Assembly: GCA_050248855.1 (NCBI GenBank)
Contig: JBFWRP010000004.1
Span: 128,001 to 192,000, forward strand
Direction: 5' to 3'
Origin: Planctomycetota bacterium
GTDB lineage: Bacteria > Planctomycetota > PLA2 > JAEUHO01
Length of the DNA: 64,000 bases
Shown here: piece after piece, positions 1 to 10,741 of the stretch
Numbering within the stretch: the first letter of the stretch is position 1
How the letters are laid out: each line of letters opens with the position of its first letter
Program-made: the position numbers and the translations under genes
Notes under the pieces: model-generated
Seen by the model: only the letters and a program-made list of their open reading frames with translations
What the model was told of the DNA's origin: nothing
The model's database searches: none

Positions 1-1261
1 CGCCGCCCGGCAGCTCGACCAGCAGTGGCCAGGTCTGGTCGCCGTCGCGCCACCCCAGCAGCATCGTGCCGCCGCGGGCCGCATCGAGCGCGGCCGGCGA
101 CAGCCGCACGCTCCCCGCCTCCGCGGCGAGATCGCGAACGAGCGGCGAGGAGGAGCGGACGGGAGCAGCGCGAGCGGGCACGGCCACGCCGCGATGCCCG
201 CTCGGGGCGGGCACGACCAAGGCCTGGACACCAGCAGCCTCCGGAGGCGTCTCCCCGAGGCGGATCACGTGGATCCACGGCCCCCGGGCCGCGTCCCCCA
301 GCCGCATGCGCCCACCGGCTTCCGCCGCGGCCCGCAGCGCGCTTGCGACCTCGCTTTCCAGACCGGGGTCCAGCAACAGCGCCGCCGTCTCGGCGCCGGC
401 CTCCAGGTCCACCGTGTCGTCCGCGGGGAGGACATCCTCGCGCCCGAGGGCCACCCGAAGCAGACCACGACCCGGGGCGTGGGCATCCACGGCCGTCCTC
501 TGCTCGGCCGTCAGCTCCAGCGCGAGCCCCGCGGCGCCGCCAGGCTGCAGGGTCGTCGTGCCCGCCACCAGGCGCTCGCCGTCCGAGCCGGGCCCGGTCA
601 CGACCACGGTCACGTCGGCGGCTCCTCGGCCCTCCCGCGATGCCTCCAGGGTGGTCTGGACGCGCAAGCCCCCCGTGTCGGTGGGTACGACCCCGACCGC
701 CACGATGCCGACGTTGGCAGGCCCGGGCGGCAGGTCCCAGGTGGCCTCCAGGTCCAACGGCCACCAGCGCACGCCGGGGCGTGGCGCCGCCGGCAGGACG
801 CGCGCGATCACGTAGCGCTGCCAGGCCGCTCCGAGCCGGGCCAGCGTCTCGAGGTACGCGGGCGAGGATGCCGTGGGCGTGACGGTCACGACATCGAGCT
901 CGACATCTCCGGGCAGCTCGGCGCGAATCCCGGCCAGGGCGCTCTCGACGGCGGCCTCGTAGCCGCGGGCACCGCGAAGCCAGCCGCTCTCGACGACGAC
1001 GCGCGCCATGCGGCGCGAGGCGCCCCGCCCGACCTGTGGCCCGGCCGCGGCGAACGCCGCCGCTGCGGCGCCGAGCAGCAGCAGGGCGAGCACCGGATCG
1101 AACCGACGCGCGCGACGGGTGGCCGAGCCGGACGGGAGATCGGTGAAGAACAGCAGCGACGCCACGGTCACGGCGCGTGGCGCCCGGCTCCGGCGGTGCA
1201 ACCACCAGATCCCCGGCAGCGCCAGGAGCCCGAGCAGGCCCAGCGGCGCGGCGAAGCTCAC
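1..1261 (-). CDS. BatA-domain (N-terminal double-TM) protein, partial (runs off the left edge)
   Basis: Not in the ORF track. GTG at 1261 overlaps the DUF58 stop. It translates as MSFAAPLGLLGLLALPGIWWLHRRSRAPRAVTVASLLFF, a typical BatA N-terminus, and follows DUF58 as in MoxR/vWA loci. Confidence 0.75.
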   Translation of the reverse strand, partial: MSFAAPLGLLGLLALPGIWWLHRRSRAPRAVTVASLLFFTDLPSGSATRRARRFDPVLALLLLGAAAAAFAAAGPQVGRGASRRMARVVVESGWLRGARGYEAAVESALAGIRAELPGDVELDVVTVTPTASSPAYLETLARLGAAWQRYVIARVLPAAPRPGVRWWPLDLEATWDLPPGPANVGIVAVGVVPTDTGGLRVQTTLEASREGRGAADVTVVVTGPGSDGERLVAGTTTLQPGGAAGLALELTAEQRTAVDAHAPGRGLLRVALGREDVLPADDTVDLEAGAETAALLLDPGLESEVASALRAAAEAGGRMRLGDAARGPWIHVIRLGETPPEAAGVQALVVPAPSGHRGVAVPARAAPVRSSSPLVRDLAAEAGSVRLSPAALDAARGGTMLLGWRDGDQTWPLLVELPGG

Positions 1262-2184
1262 GGGACTTCCAGGACGAGGCGACGCAGCACGTCCTCGCTG
1301 CGCTCCGACGGCGCGAACGGCAGGTAGCGCAAGCCCACGCTACGTGCGTGATGGGCCCACAGGTCGGCATGGCGCTGCGCGCGCGCGGCGACTTCCGCGG
1401 CCACGCGGGCGTCCACGAGCAAGCGCCGCGACTCGCCGGTCTCCGCGTCCTGCGCGACGATGGCCCCGAGCGGCTCGGGGGCATGCACCTCGGGTGCACG
1501 CACGTGCACGAGGGCGCCGCGGACGGCGCGGCCCGCGAGCCCATGCAGCACCCCGGGGTCGGTGCGGGTCAGCAGGTCCGAGACCAGCAAGAAGCGCGTG
1601 CCACGCGCGAGGCGACGCACGACGCGCGGGAGCGTCTGCGCCAGCTCCGCACGCCCCGTCGGGGGTGTGGCCGAGAGCCGCTCCAACGCGGCCCGTACCT
1701 CGCCCGGCTCGCGCCCCTCGGCCAAGGGACGCGCCTCGCCCCCTTGCAGGATGCCCAGCCGCGCCACACCGCGACCCGCCACGGCGATCGCGAACGCGAG
1801 CGCCGCCAGCCGTGCCGACGCCACGCGCACGCCATGCAGCCCCATGGACGCACTACCGTCGAGCCAGACCTCGGTGACCAGGTCGCGCTCGGGATCCAGC
1901 TGGCGCACGACGACGCGGCCCAGGCGCGCGGCGACGTTCCAGTCGACGCGCTTCAGGTCGTCGCCGGGGCGGTAGGCGCGATGGCCGCGGAACAGGAAGC
2001 GACCGCCTTCCCCGCGCACCGCCCGGCGTCCGTCGGCCACGCCTGCGTGGAGCCTCGGCACCGCCGCGGGAACCAGCGACAAGAGGCGCAGGAAGGAGGC
2101 CGGGAACAGCTCCGGGTCGAGCGCTCCGGCGCCGACGTCCCGACGCGGTGTGGACCGCGTGCCCGACGCGCGGCGCGCGTTCAC
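1258..2184 (-). CDS. DUF58 family protein (vWA-like, MoxR-associated)
   Basis: FRGHRAYRPGDDLKRVDWNVAAR and LDGSASM motifs. Confidence 0.9.
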   Translation of the reverse strand: MNARRASGTRSTPRRDVGAGALDPELFPASFLRLLSLVPAAVPRLHAGVADGRRAVRGEGGRFLFRGHRAYRPGDDLKRVDWNVAARLGRVVVRQLDPERDLVTEVWLDGSASMGLHGVRVASARLAALAFAIAVAGRGVARLGILQGGEARPLAEGREPGEVRAALERLSATPPTGRAELAQTLPRVVRRLARGTRFLLVSDLLTRTDPGVLHGLAGRAVRGALVHVRAPEVHAPEPLGAIVAQDAETGESRRLLVDARVAAEVAARAQRHADLWAHHARSVGLRYLPFAPSERSEDVLRRLVLEVP

Positions 2185-3062
2185 GCCTCGTCCTCGACCG
2201 GCGGTTCGGGGTCGGTCGGGTAGTAGGGCCGACCGCGCCAGCCGAGCTTGCGGCGCAGGGTCTCGTAGAAGGGGCCGCCGAAGACGCGGACCAGGGTCAG
2301 CGGCGACGCCGACTTGGCGACTTCGATGGCGTCATCCGGCGCGAGGTGCATGGCATCGGCGCCGTCCACCGTGAAGGTTGCCGGCGTGCGGCTCTCGGCC
2401 ACGGTGAGGCGGAACACATGGCGCCCCGACAACACGAGCGGGCGCGTGCTCAGCGAGTGCGCCGCGATCGGCACCATCACGATGGCCTCGATCGTGGGAT
2501 CGAGCAGCGGGCCGCCCGCCGCCACGGCGTGGGCGCTCGATCCGGTCGGCGAGGCCAAGATCAGGCCGTCGCCGCTGAAACGGATCGCGTGGCGGCCGTC
2601 GATGCCCACGTCCACGTCCACCATGCGGCCGAGCTCGCTGCGACCGACGACCACGTCGTTGAGCGCAAGCCAGCGTCCGCCGAGGCGCTCCCCGCGCAAC
2701 CACGTCACGTCCAGGCGCGTCCGGCGGTGCAGCTCGGCCGCGCCCTGGAGCCAGCGGTCGATGCCCTCGTCCAGCTGCTCGGGTGCGAGGTCGGCCAGGA
2801 AGCCGAAGCGACCGTAGTTGACGCCCAGGACGGGAATCGGGTTGGTGCCAAGGCGCCGCGCGACGTGCAAGATCGAGCCGTCGCCGCCGAACACGAGCAC
2901 CAGGTCGGCCTCGGCCGTGGCGAGGTCGATGCGCTCGTCGAGGTCCTCGCCGACCAGCTCGACGCGCTCGGCCAAGCGCGAGCGATGCAGCCGCACGCCC
3001 TCGGCCACCCCGGGCCGCCTGCGGTCCCCCACGATCAAGACACGGCGGCGCGCGCTCGTCAT
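2181..3062 (-). CDS. nadK: NAD(+) kinase
   Basis: [22 protein letters not shown] and [19 protein letters not shown] motifs. Confidence 0.93.
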   Translation of the reverse strand: MTSARRRVLIVGDRRRPGVAEGVRLHRSRLAERVELVGEDLDERIDLATAEADLVLVFGGDGSILHVARRLGTNPIPVLGVNYGRFGFLADLAPEQLDEGIDRWLQGAAELHRRTRLDVTWLRGERLGGRWLALNDVVVGRSELGRMVDVDVGIDGRHAIRFSGDGLILASPTGSSAHAVAAGGPLLDPTIEAIVMVPIAAHSLSTRPLVLSGRHVFRLTVAESRTPATFTVDGADAMHLAPDDAIEVAKSASPLTLVRVFGGPFYETLRRKLGWRGRPYYPTDPEPPVEDEA

Positions 3063-3168
3063 GCACGGAGCCTACCCGGGGCCCGGACGGGGCGGTCGGG
3101 GAGTCTGCCCGTGGCACGACGAGCGGGGGTGGCCCGGCTACCCTCATGGCCCCTTGCAAGGAGCCCCC

Positions 3169-4485
3169 ATGACGACCACCGTGCGCCCCACCCAGGACTA
3201 CAAGGTCAAGGACATCCGCTTGGCCGCCGAGGGCCGCAAGGACATCGAGATCTCCGAGCCGGAGATGCCGGGCCTCATGGCGCTCCGCGAGCGCTACGGC
3301 GAGAGCCAGCCCTTGAAGGGCGCACGGATCGCCGGCTGCCTCCACATGACGGTCGAGACGGCCATCCTGATCGAGACCCTGACGGCGCTCGGCGCCGAGG
3401 TCCGCTGGTCGTCCTGCAACATCTACTCCACCGAGGACCACGCCGCGGCAGCCGTCGCGGCGGCGGGTGTCCCCGTCTTCGCCTGGAAGGGCGAGACGGA
3501 GGAGGAGTACGAGTGGTGCATCGAGCAGACGCTGCGCTGGCCCGACGGCTCGGGGCCCAACCTGATCCTCGACGACGGCGGTGACCTCACGTGGATCGTC
3601 CACCAGCGCCACCCCGAGCTGCTCGCCGAGATCCGCGGCTTGTCCGAGGAGACCACCACGGGTGTCGCGCGTTTGTACCGCGCGCTCGAGGAGGGCACGC
3701 TCAAGGTGCCGGCGATCAACGTCAACGACTCGGTCACCAAGTCCAAGTTCGACAACCTCTACGGCTGCCGCGAGTCGCTGGCCGACGGCTTGAAGCGCGC
3801 CACCGGCGTGATGGTCGCCGGCAAGGTCGTGGTCATCGCGGGCTACGGGGACGTGGGCAAGGGCTGCGCCCAGTCCATGCGCGGCCTCGGCGCCCGCGTG
3901 CTGGTCACCGAGATCGACCCCATCTGCGCGCTGCAGGCGGCGATGGAGGGCTTCGAGGTCACGACCATGGAAGAGGCCGCCCCCGAGGGCGACATCTTCG
4001 TGACGGCCACCGGCTGCTGCAAGGTGGTCACCGGCGAGCACATGGTCGCCATGAAGGACAACGTGATCCTCTGCAACATCGGCCACTTCGACCACGAGAT
4101 CGACGTGGCGTGGCTCGAGAAGCACCCCGAGATCCGCGAAGAGGAGATCAAGGCCCAGGTCGACCGGTTCACGCTCCCCGACGGCAAGCGCCTGATCCTG
4201 CTGGCACGCGGTCGCCTCGTGAACCTCGGCTGCGCCACCGGCCATCCCTCGTTCGTGATGTCCAACAGCTTCTCGAACCAGGTCCTGGCCCAGATCGCCC
4301 TCTGGACCGCCAAGGAGCCCTACGCGCTCGGCGTCCACGTGCTGCCCAAGTCGCTCGACGAAGAAGTCGCACGCCTTCACCTCGGCAAGCTCGGCGTCAA
4401 GCTCACCAAGCTCACCCCCGAACAGGCCGAGTACATCGGCGTGCCCGTCGCCGGGCCCTACAAGCCCGCGCACTACAGGTACTAG
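3169..4485 (+). CDS. ahcY: Adenosylhomocysteinase (SAH hydrolase)
   Basis: [37 protein letters not shown] and GHPSFVMS motifs. ATG 3169 follows an AAGGAG Shine-Dalgarno sequence. Confidence 0.97.
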   Translation: MTTTVRPTQDYKVKDIRLAAEGRKDIEISEPEMPGLMALRERYGESQPLKGARIAGCLHMTVETAILIETLTALGAEVRWSSCNIYSTEDHAAAAVAAAGVPVFAWKGETEEEYEWCIEQTLRWPDGSGPNLILDDGGDLTWIVHQRHPELLAEIRGLSEETTTGVARLYRALEEGTLKVPAINVNDSVTKSKFDNLYGCRESLADGLKRATGVMVAGKVVVIAGYGDVGKGCAQSMRGLGARVLVTEIDPICALQAAMEGFEVTTMEEAAPEGDIFVTATGCCKVVTGEHMVAMKDNVILCNIGHFDHEIDVAWLEKHPEIREEEIKAQVDRFTLPDGKRLILLARGRLVNLGCATGHPSFVMSNSFSNQVLAQIALWTAKEPYALGVHVLPKSLDEEVARLHLGKLGVKLTKLTPEQAEYIGVPVAGPYKPAHYRY

Positions 4486-4491
4486 GCGCGC

Positions 4492-6429
4492 TCAGAGCGC
4501 GGAGCGCGAGGGATCTTCGGAGGGGCGGGTCGCGAGCGCCGTGAGCTCGCGGCGAGCGCGGGCGGCGAGGCCGCGGGCGTCCAGGCCGAAGCGCTCGCGC
4601 CAGTCGGCGGCCTCGCCGTGCCAGACCAGCTGGTCGGGCACGCCGAGCACGCGGACGACGGCGGCGGGCGGCGTGGGGAGCGTGGCGACGTGCTCGAGCA
4701 CGGCGCTGCCGAAACCCCCGGCGATGGCGTGCTCCTCGACCGTCATCACCAGGCGGTGGCTGTCGAGGAAGCGGTCGATGGCGCGCGTGTCCAGCGGGCG
4801 CGCGAAGCGGGCGTTGAACACGGCGGCCTCGATACCGACCTCGGCCAGCTCGTCGGCCGCGGCCAGGGCTTCGCGCACGAGGTTGCCGTAGGCGAGGAAG
4901 ACCATGTCCTTGCCGTCGCGCAGGAGCTCGCCGCGCCCCGTGCGCAGCGGCGTGTCGTTGCCGGCGAGCGGCGCGTTGGCGTGGCCGCCGCGCGGGTAGC
5001 GGACCGCGGACGGCTTGCCGAGCGACAACGCGTGCCGCAGCATGCGCTCCAGCTCCGGCGGGTCCGCGGGCGCCATGAGGACGATGTCGGGAAACGTGCG
5101 CAGGTAGGCGATGTCGTAGAGCCCCTGGTGCGTGACACCGTCGCCGCCCACGATGCCGGCCCGGTCCATGGCAAACACGACGGGCAAGCCCTGCACGACG
5201 ACTTCCTGCCAGATCTGGTCGTAGCCGCGCTGCAGGAACGTGCTGTAGATCGCCACGACGGGCTTCATGCCCGCGTCGGCCAAGCCGCCCGCCAGCGCCA
5301 CGCCGTGCTGCTCGCAGATGCCCACGTCGATCACGCGCTCGGCGTGCTCGGGGGCAACCTTGTCCAGGCTGGTGCCGCTGGGCATGGCCGCGGTGATGGC
5401 GACGACGCGCGGGTCGTGGTCCATCACCGCCTTCATCGTGTGGGCGAAAACGTCCTGGTACTTGACGACGGGCGCGACCGGCTCGCTGGAGCGCAGCGGC
5501 TGGGGCTCGCCCGCGGGACGTGGCAGCTTGGGCTCGCTCACGGCGTGCGCCGCCTCGTGGCCCTTGTCCGGAGCGCCGCGGCCCTTCTCGGTGACCACGT
5601 GGAGCAGCACGGGGCCCTTGACGCGCTTGAGGTCGTGGAGCAGCTGCTCCATGCGGTGGACGTCGTGGCCGTTCTCGGGTCCGAAGTAGGTCCAGCCCAG
5701 CTCGCGGAACAGGTGGCCGGGGCTGATGGCGTTGGCGAACGCCTCCTTGACGTTGCCCACCCAGCGGCTCAAGCGGTCGCCGAAGAAGGGCACGGAGCCC
5801 AGCGCCTCGTGCAGCTCGCCCTTGCCTTCGCGGTAGGCCGGGAGCGTGCGGATGCGATTGAGGTACTTGCGCAGCGCCCCGACGGTGCGGCTGATCGACC
5901 ACTGGTTGTCGTTGAGGATCACCAGGAGGTTGGTGTCGCCCTGGCCTACGTCGTTCAAGGCCTCGAAGGTCACGCCGCTGGCCGCGGCCGCGTCGCCCAC
6001 GATGGCCACGACGCGGCGGTCGTCGATGCCGCGCAGCTTGTCGGCCAGGGCCAGGCCCGCCGCCGCCGAGACGGCCGTCCCGGCGTGGCCCGACGTGAAC
6101 GTGTCGTAGGGGCTCTCGCCGCGGTGCATGAAGCCCGAGAGGCCGTCGGTGCGGCGCAAGGTGGGGAAGCGGTCGCCGCGGCCCGTGATGACCTTGTGCG
6201 GGTAGACCTGGTGGCTGGTGTCCAGCACCAGGCGGTCGGTCTTGAAGTCGAAGACCCGGTGGAGGGCCACCGTGAGCTCCACCACACCCAGGTTGCTGCC
6301 CAGGTGCCCACCCGTCGCGGTGACCGCGCGGATGAGGAACGCGCGCAGCTCGGCGCAGTAGGCCGCCACCTCGTCGGGGGCGAGGGCCTTCAAGTCCTGC
6401 GGCGAACGGACGCGATCGAAGACGGACAT
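4492..6429 (-). CDS. dxs: 1-deoxy-D-xylulose-5-phosphate synthase
   Basis: GGHLGSNLGVVELT, GHAGTA, ILNDN, DVGICEQH, IYSTFLQRGYDQ and DRAGIVGGDG-THQG motifs. Confidence 0.96.
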   Translation of the reverse strand: MSVFDRVRSPQDLKALAPDEVAAYCAELRAFLIRAVTATGGHLGSNLGVVELTVALHRVFDFKTDRLVLDTSHQVYPHKVITGRGDRFPTLRRTDGLSGFMHRGESPYDTFTSGHAGTAVSAAAGLALADKLRGIDDRRVVAIVGDAAAASGVTFEALNDVGQGDTNLLVILNDNQWSISRTVGALRKYLNRIRTLPAYREGKGELHEALGSVPFFGDRLSRWVGNVKEAFANAISPGHLFRELGWTYFGPENGHDVHRMEQLLHDLKRVKGPVLLHVVTEKGRGAPDKGHEAAHAVSEPKLPRPAGEPQPLRSSEPVAPVVKYQDVFAHTMKAVMDHDPRVVAITAAMPSGTSLDKVAPEHAERVIDVGICEQHGVALAGGLADAGMKPVVAIYSTFLQRGYDQIWQEVVVQGLPVVFAMDRAGIVGGDGVTHQGLYDIAYLRTFPDIVLMAPADPPELERMLRHALSLGKPSAVRYPRGGHANAPLAGNDTPLRTGRGELLRDGKDMVFLAYGNLVREALAAADELAEVGIEAAVFNARFARPLDTRAIDRFLDSHRLVMTVEEHAIAGGFGSAVLEHVATLPTPPAAVVRVLGVPDQLVWHGEAADWRERFGLDARGLAARARRELTALATRPSEDPSRSAL

Positions 6430-6543
6430 GGTGCACGAGGATACCCGTGCGCCGACCGGGGCCCCCGCGGGGACCGCCCCGCGACCGGCCCCAGCGCCCG
6501 GACGGCCCTCGCCGCGCGGCACCCTGGACCCCAAGATGCCGTC

Positions 6544-7449
6544 GTGAGCCTACCGTCGTCCGCCTCCGCGCCCCGCGAGCTCGGGGCCTTCCTCGCGCAC
6601 GCCCGGTCGCGCGTGGAGGAGCACCTCGAGCGTTGGCTGCCCAAGGGCGGAGAGGCTCCGCAGCGCCTTGCCGACGCGATGCGCTACAGCGTCGGCGCGG
6701 GCGGCAAGCGACTACGGCCCGCGTTGGCCCTCGCCGGCGCGCTGGCCGTCGGGGGACGTGAAGAGGACGCCCTGCCCTTCGCGGCGGCCGTGGAGATGCT
6801 GCACACCTACAGCCTCATCCACGACGACCTGCCCGCGATGGACGACGACGACCTGCGCCGGGGGCGTCCGACGAGCCACAAGGTCTTCGGCGAGGCGCTC
6901 GCCATCCTGGCGGGCGACGCGCTGCACACGGAGGCCTTCCGTTGCTTGCTCGACGCGCCGCTGTCCGCGGACGTCCTCGTGGCGCAAGCACGCCGACTCG
7001 CCGACGCCGCCGGCAGCAAGGGCATGGTGGGCGGCCAGGTCGACGACCTCGCGGCCGATGGCATGGCGCCGTCCCTCGAGCGTCTGCAGAGGATCCACCG
7101 CGCCAAGACCGGGGCCCTGATCGCCGCCTCGGTGGTGGGCGGCGCCCTGGCCGGCGGCGCCGACACGGCAGCCGTCGAGGCCCTGGAGCGCTACGGCGCG
7201 GCCGTCGGCTTGGCTTTCCAGATCGCCGACGACGTGCTCGACGAGACGGCCACGGCCGAGCAGCTGGGCAAGACACCGGGCAAGGACCGTGCGGACGCCA
7301 AGATGACCTACGTCGCCCTGGCCGGTCTGGACGGAGCGCGACGGCTGGCTGCGGACGCGGTGGCCGAGGCCCTGGCGGCGCTGTCCGCCGTGGGCGACGA
7401 CGAACGCCTCGCCGCGCTGGCGCGCTACGCCGTCGAGCGCCCGGCCTGA
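6544..7449 (+). CDS. ispA: Farnesyl/geranylgeranyl diphosphate synthase
   Basis: GGKRLRP, HTYSLIHDDLPAMDDDDLRRG, GGQVDD and FQIADDVLD motifs. The GTG 6544 start is inferred. Confidence 0.92.
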   Translation: MSLPSSASAPRELGAFLAHARSRVEEHLERWLPKGGEAPQRLADAMRYSVGAGGKRLRPALALAGALAVGGREEDALPFAAAVEMLHTYSLIHDDLPAMDDDDLRRGRPTSHKVFGEALAILAGDALHTEAFRCLLDAPLSADVLVAQARRLADAAGSKGMVGGQVDDLAADGMAPSLERLQRIHRAKTGALIAASVVGGALAGGADTAAVEALERYGAAVGLAFQIADDVLDETATAEQLGKTPGKDRADAKMTYVALAGLDGARRLAADAVAEALAALSAVGDDERLAALARYAVERPA

Positions 7450-8696
7450 CGACGACGCACGCGGAAGGCGTAAGCAGCCGCGAGCAAGGCCCCCACGACA
7501 CCGGCGATGCCGAACGCCTGGAGCGCCCGCGACGTGGACGTCCGCTCGGCGAGCGCTGCGAGCAGCCAGCCGCCGATCGGATAGGCCGCTCCGAACATCA
7601 GCGCCCAGATGCCCATGACCCGGCCGCGCAGGGCGTCGGGCACCGTCTCCTGGACCACCGTGTTGGCCGTGGCCATGTAGCCGACCTGGCAGAAGCCGGC
7701 GACCAGCACGGCGGCGGCGGTCAGCGCCGGCCAGCGCGAGAACGAGAGCCCGAGCACGGCGAGGCCCGTGACGAGGGCCAAGCGACCGAGGCGACGCGCG
7801 CGACCGGCGCGATCGCCCGCATGACCGGCCACCCACAGCGCGGCCAGCAGCGAGCCCACGCCCGCCATGGCCATGACGAGGCCGTAGCCCCGCTCGTCCA
7901 AGCCGAGGTCGTCCTTGATCAAGGCGGGCGCCACCGTCCGCCACGACAAGACGATCATCACGAGGGTGAACGTGCTGGCGAGGACCCGGCGCAGCACGGG
8001 CTCGTGGACGACGTAGGCGAAGCCCTCGCGCAGCTCGGACCACGCGCTACGGCGCGGGGGCGCGTCGGGATCGCGGGCCACGTGCGGCATCGTGCCGGCG
8101 ATCGCGACCATCGGCACGGTGAGGGCCGCGACCACGAAGAAGCAGCCGGCGGGTCCCAGCGCGGCATAGAGCCAGCCGGCCAGCGCAAACCCCGCGGCGT
8201 TGGTCAGGTGGAAGCCCGCGGCGTTCATGCCGATGGCGTTGGGCAAGCGCTCCAGGCCCACCACGTGGCGCACGAGCAGGTGGCGCGTCGGGTTCTCCAC
8301 CCCGCGCAGGACGCCCGTCGCGATCGTCCAGGTGAGCAGCCAGGGGTAGGCCACGTGGCCCGCGAGCAGCGCCACGCCCAAGCCGACGTTGGCCACCACC
8401 ACGGCGGCGTACACGACCTGCAGCAGGCGCCTCGGGTCCACCCGGTCGGCCAGCACGCCGCTGAAGGGCGAGATCACGATCCAGGGCAGCAGGCTTGCGG
8501 CGGCGATCTCGCCCAGCGCGTGCTTGGAGCCCGTCATCTCGTAGACGAGCCAGGGCAGCGCGGCGATGCGCACCCAGAAGCCGCTCATCACGCACACCAA
8601 GCCGGCGAAGTAGCGGCGGTACGCGGGCGTGTCGAACACCTCGAGCGCGCGCCGTCGCCAGCGCGGCGGGGTGTCGGGATCGGTCGCGAGGCTCAC
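7425..8696 (-). CDS. MFS transporter (MFS_3/DHA3-like)
   Basis: About 12 hydrophobic segments, with GVLADRVDPRR and VPDALRGRVMG motifs. GTG 8696 overlaps the upstream stop. Confidence 0.88.
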   Translation of the reverse strand: MSLATDPDTPPRWRRRALEVFDTPAYRRYFAGLVCVMSGFWVRIAALPWLVYEMTGSKHALGEIAAASLLPWIVISPFSGVLADRVDPRRLLQVVYAAVVVANVGLGVALLAGHVAYPWLLTWTIATGVLRGVENPTRHLLVRHVVGLERLPNAIGMNAAGFHLTNAAGFALAGWLYAALGPAGCFFVVAALTVPMVAIAGTMPHVARDPDAPPRRSAWSELREGFAYVVHEPVLRRVLASTFTLVMIVLSWRTVAPALIKDDLGLDERGYGLVMAMAGVGSLLAALWVAGHAGDRAGRARRLGRLALVTGLAVLGLSFSRWPALTAAAVLVAGFCQVGYMATANTVVQETVPDALRGRVMGIWALMFGAAYPIGGWLLAALAERTSTSRALQAFGIAGVVGALLAAAYAFRVRRRQAGRSTA

Positions 8697-9094
8697 GCGC
8701 CTGCGGCCGTGGCATCCAGCCGCAGGCCTTCCGGATGCTCCTTCGGATGCGCCCAGCGTCGGTCGAACACGAGGACGGCGTCCACGGCGGGGAGCTGGCG
8801 CTCGACGGTGACCGTGCCGTCGTGCTCGGGCTCGTCGGGCTTGCGGGGCCGCGCCAGCACGTTCACGCTCCACGGGCCTTCGAGCGCGGGCTCGACCTCG
8901 ACGTCGATCGTGGCCTCGAGCCCGACGTGCAGGACGCGCAGCACCAAGCGCGACGTGTTCGTGTCCACGCGCACCAACCGGCTCCCCTCGGGATCGATGT
9001 GGCGCGCGGGCAGATACGGCTGGGAGAGCATGTACCCGATGTAGATCGCAAGCCCGACGAAGAGCACGCCCGCGAGGACGACGAGGGGCTTCAT
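8693..9094 (-). CDS. Hypothetical protein with an N-terminal TM anchor
   Basis: MKPLVVLAGVLFVGLAIYIGY; start and stop overlap xseB and the MFS gene. Confidence 0.7.
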   Translation of the reverse strand: MKPLVVLAGVLFVGLAIYIGYMLSQPYLPARHIDPEGSRLVRVDTNTSRLVLRVLHVGLEATIDVEVEPALEGPWSVNVLARPRKPDEPEHDGTVTVERQLPAVDAVLVFDRRWAHPKEHPEGLRLDATAAGA

Positions 9095-9384
9095 TCCTCT
9101 TCCACCGCGTCCTCGAGCCCGCCCTCCCCCACCTGGAGCGGTCGCTCCACGGGACGGCCGTCCGGGCCCTGGGTCAGCTCGACGAGCCGTGCTTCGGCCT
9201 CGTCGAGCAGCGCGCGGCAGGCTTCGAGATGGGCCACGCCCTCGCGATAGCGCGCGAGGCTCTCCTCGAGGCCGAGGTCCTCGGCCTCCAAGGCGTCCAC
9301 GACCTCTTCCAGCGCCGCCAGCCGCTCCTCGAACGTCGGCGTCGTGGCCTTCGGCGAAGCAGGACGGCGTGACGGCGGCACCAT
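9091..9384 (-). CDS. xseB: Exodeoxyribonuclease VII small subunit
   Basis: TFEERLAALEEVVDALE-DLGLEESLARYREG. Confidence 0.92.
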   Translation of the reverse strand: MVPPSRRPASPKATTPTFEERLAALEEVVDALEAEDLGLEESLARYREGVAHLEACRALLDEAEARLVELTQGPDGRPVERPLQVGEGGLEDAVEEE

Positions 9385-9486
9385 GCCGTGAACCTACGCC
9401 CCGCCCGGTCGTCCACCAACCGCGGGCCCGGGCATAGCCTCGGGGCCGCGGGCCCGTACGCGAGGGCCGCCGGGAGGTAGACGACC

Positions 9487-10731
9487 CTGGGCACGGTTCG
9501 GCACGTCGTGGGCGCGGGGCTCGGCGGACTCCTCGTGGCGTGGCGTGCCCGGGCGGCCGGCGAGGACGTCGTGGTCCACGAGGCCGCCGAGCACGTGGGC
9601 GGCGAGACGCGGACCGCGGTGCGCGACGGGTGGCGCGTCGAGCACGGCGCTTGGTTCCTGCCCGGCGCCGCGCCCGCGCAGGGGCTCTCCCTGGCCGCCG
9701 CCGGGCGCCTGGGCCTGCGGCCCCTCCTTGGCCGCGTGGCGCAGGCTGGCCCACGCGGGCTGACGCCGCTCTGGACGCCCGCTCGGCGTCGGCGCGCCGC
9801 GCTCCGCGACGGGCTTGCCCCGCGCCCCCGCGCCGTGGCCTCGAGCGCCGCGAACGAGTCGCTCGAGAGCTTCGCCCGCCGCCGCTTCGGCCCCGCCACC
9901 ACGGAGGACGTGGTGCGGCCCGTGGCCCAGCTGCTCACGGGCTTCGGCCCCGAGCGCGTGGGCATCGCCGATGCCCTTCCGGCATGGCTCGCGCGCGAGG
10001 CACGGCACGGACGTGTGGGTGTGCAGACGTTCGCGGCACTCGACGGGCGGGCGCCCCTGGGCTGGACCTCGGCAGGTGGCCTGGCGGCGCTCGTGGAGCG
10101 ACTGCGAGCTGACCTCGGTGCATGCGTGCAGACGGCGTGTCGCGTCGTGGAGGTGGTGCCGGGCGGCGATCCCTCGTCCGCACGCGTGGTCGACGAAGCG
10201 GGAGCGACGAGTGCCCCGGGCACGGTCACGCTGGCGGTGCCGCACGACGAGCAGGTGCGCCTGCTGCGCCGCGCCGCGCCCGCGCTGGCCGACCAGCTGG
10301 CCGGGGAGCGGGGGGTGGACGGCGTGCGCGTGGTGATCGCGTGGACGCATGGGGAAGACGGGCCCGCAACACCTCCCTACGTGGCGGCGGTGCGCGGTCG
10401 CAGCCGCCTGCGCGTGCGCGGCGTGCTGTTTCCCGCCGCGTTGGACGTCTCCGCCGTGCCCGACACCGGCGCTTGCGCGGTGGCCTGGCTCGGCGGGGCG
10501 CACGACCCGCACGCGGCGGGCGAGCCCGAGGGGAAGCTGGTCCGTCGCGTGCTGGCCGACCTGGCGCTGGTCCTGGGCCGGCGCGTGCGTCCGCACTTCG
10601 TCGAAGTGCAGCGCCGGGCCGGCGACGTGCGTGCCCCCTGGCCCGGACGCCGCGCGCGGCTGCTCGAGCCCTTGCGCGCTCTCGCGGGCGCCGGCGTGGA
10701 GCTGGTCGAGCGACCTGCGTGGCGCGTGTAG
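9487..10731 (+). CDS. Divergent protoporphyrinogen oxidase (HemY)-like FAD oxidoreductase
   Basis: GAGLGG Rossmann motif, EAAEHVGGETRT..DGWRVEHG and ESLESFARRRFG. The C-terminal FAD motif is apparently absent. The start is uncertain (CTG 9487 or GTG 9508). Confidence 0.6.
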   Translation: MGTVRHVVGAGLGGLLVAWRARAAGEDVVVHEAAEHVGGETRTAVRDGWRVEHGAWFLPGAAPAQGLSLAAAGRLGLRPLLGRVAQAGPRGLTPLWTPARRRRAALRDGLAPRPRAVASSAANESLESFARRRFGPATTEDVVRPVAQLLTGFGPERVGIADALPAWLAREARHGRVGVQTFAALDGRAPLGWTSAGGLAALVERLRADLGACVQTACRVVEVVPGGDPSSARVVDEAGATSAPGTVTLAVPHDEQVRLLRRAAPALADQLAGERGVDGVRVVIAWTHGEDGPATPPYVAAVRGRSRLRVRGVLFPAALDVSAVPDTGACAVAWLGGAHDPHAAGEPEGKLVRRVLADLALVLGRRVRPHFVEVQRRAGDVRAPWPGRRARLLEPLRALAGAGVELVERPAWRV

Positions 10732-10741
10732 CGCGCGGCCG

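Noticed and set aside
3063..3168. SAH riboswitch upstream of ahcY
   Set aside because: I could not find the conserved GAGGAGCG..GC / AGGCUC / CGCY elements, and the short gap is explained by divergent promoters.
4618..6543. Apparent 943-aa IspA fusion and other long ORF-track extensions (e.g. 16060-, 26825-, 54673..58749)
   Set aside because: These extensions are antisense or off-frame shadows of real genes, caused by stop-codon scarcity at high GC. True starts were reassigned from motifs and stop/start overlaps.
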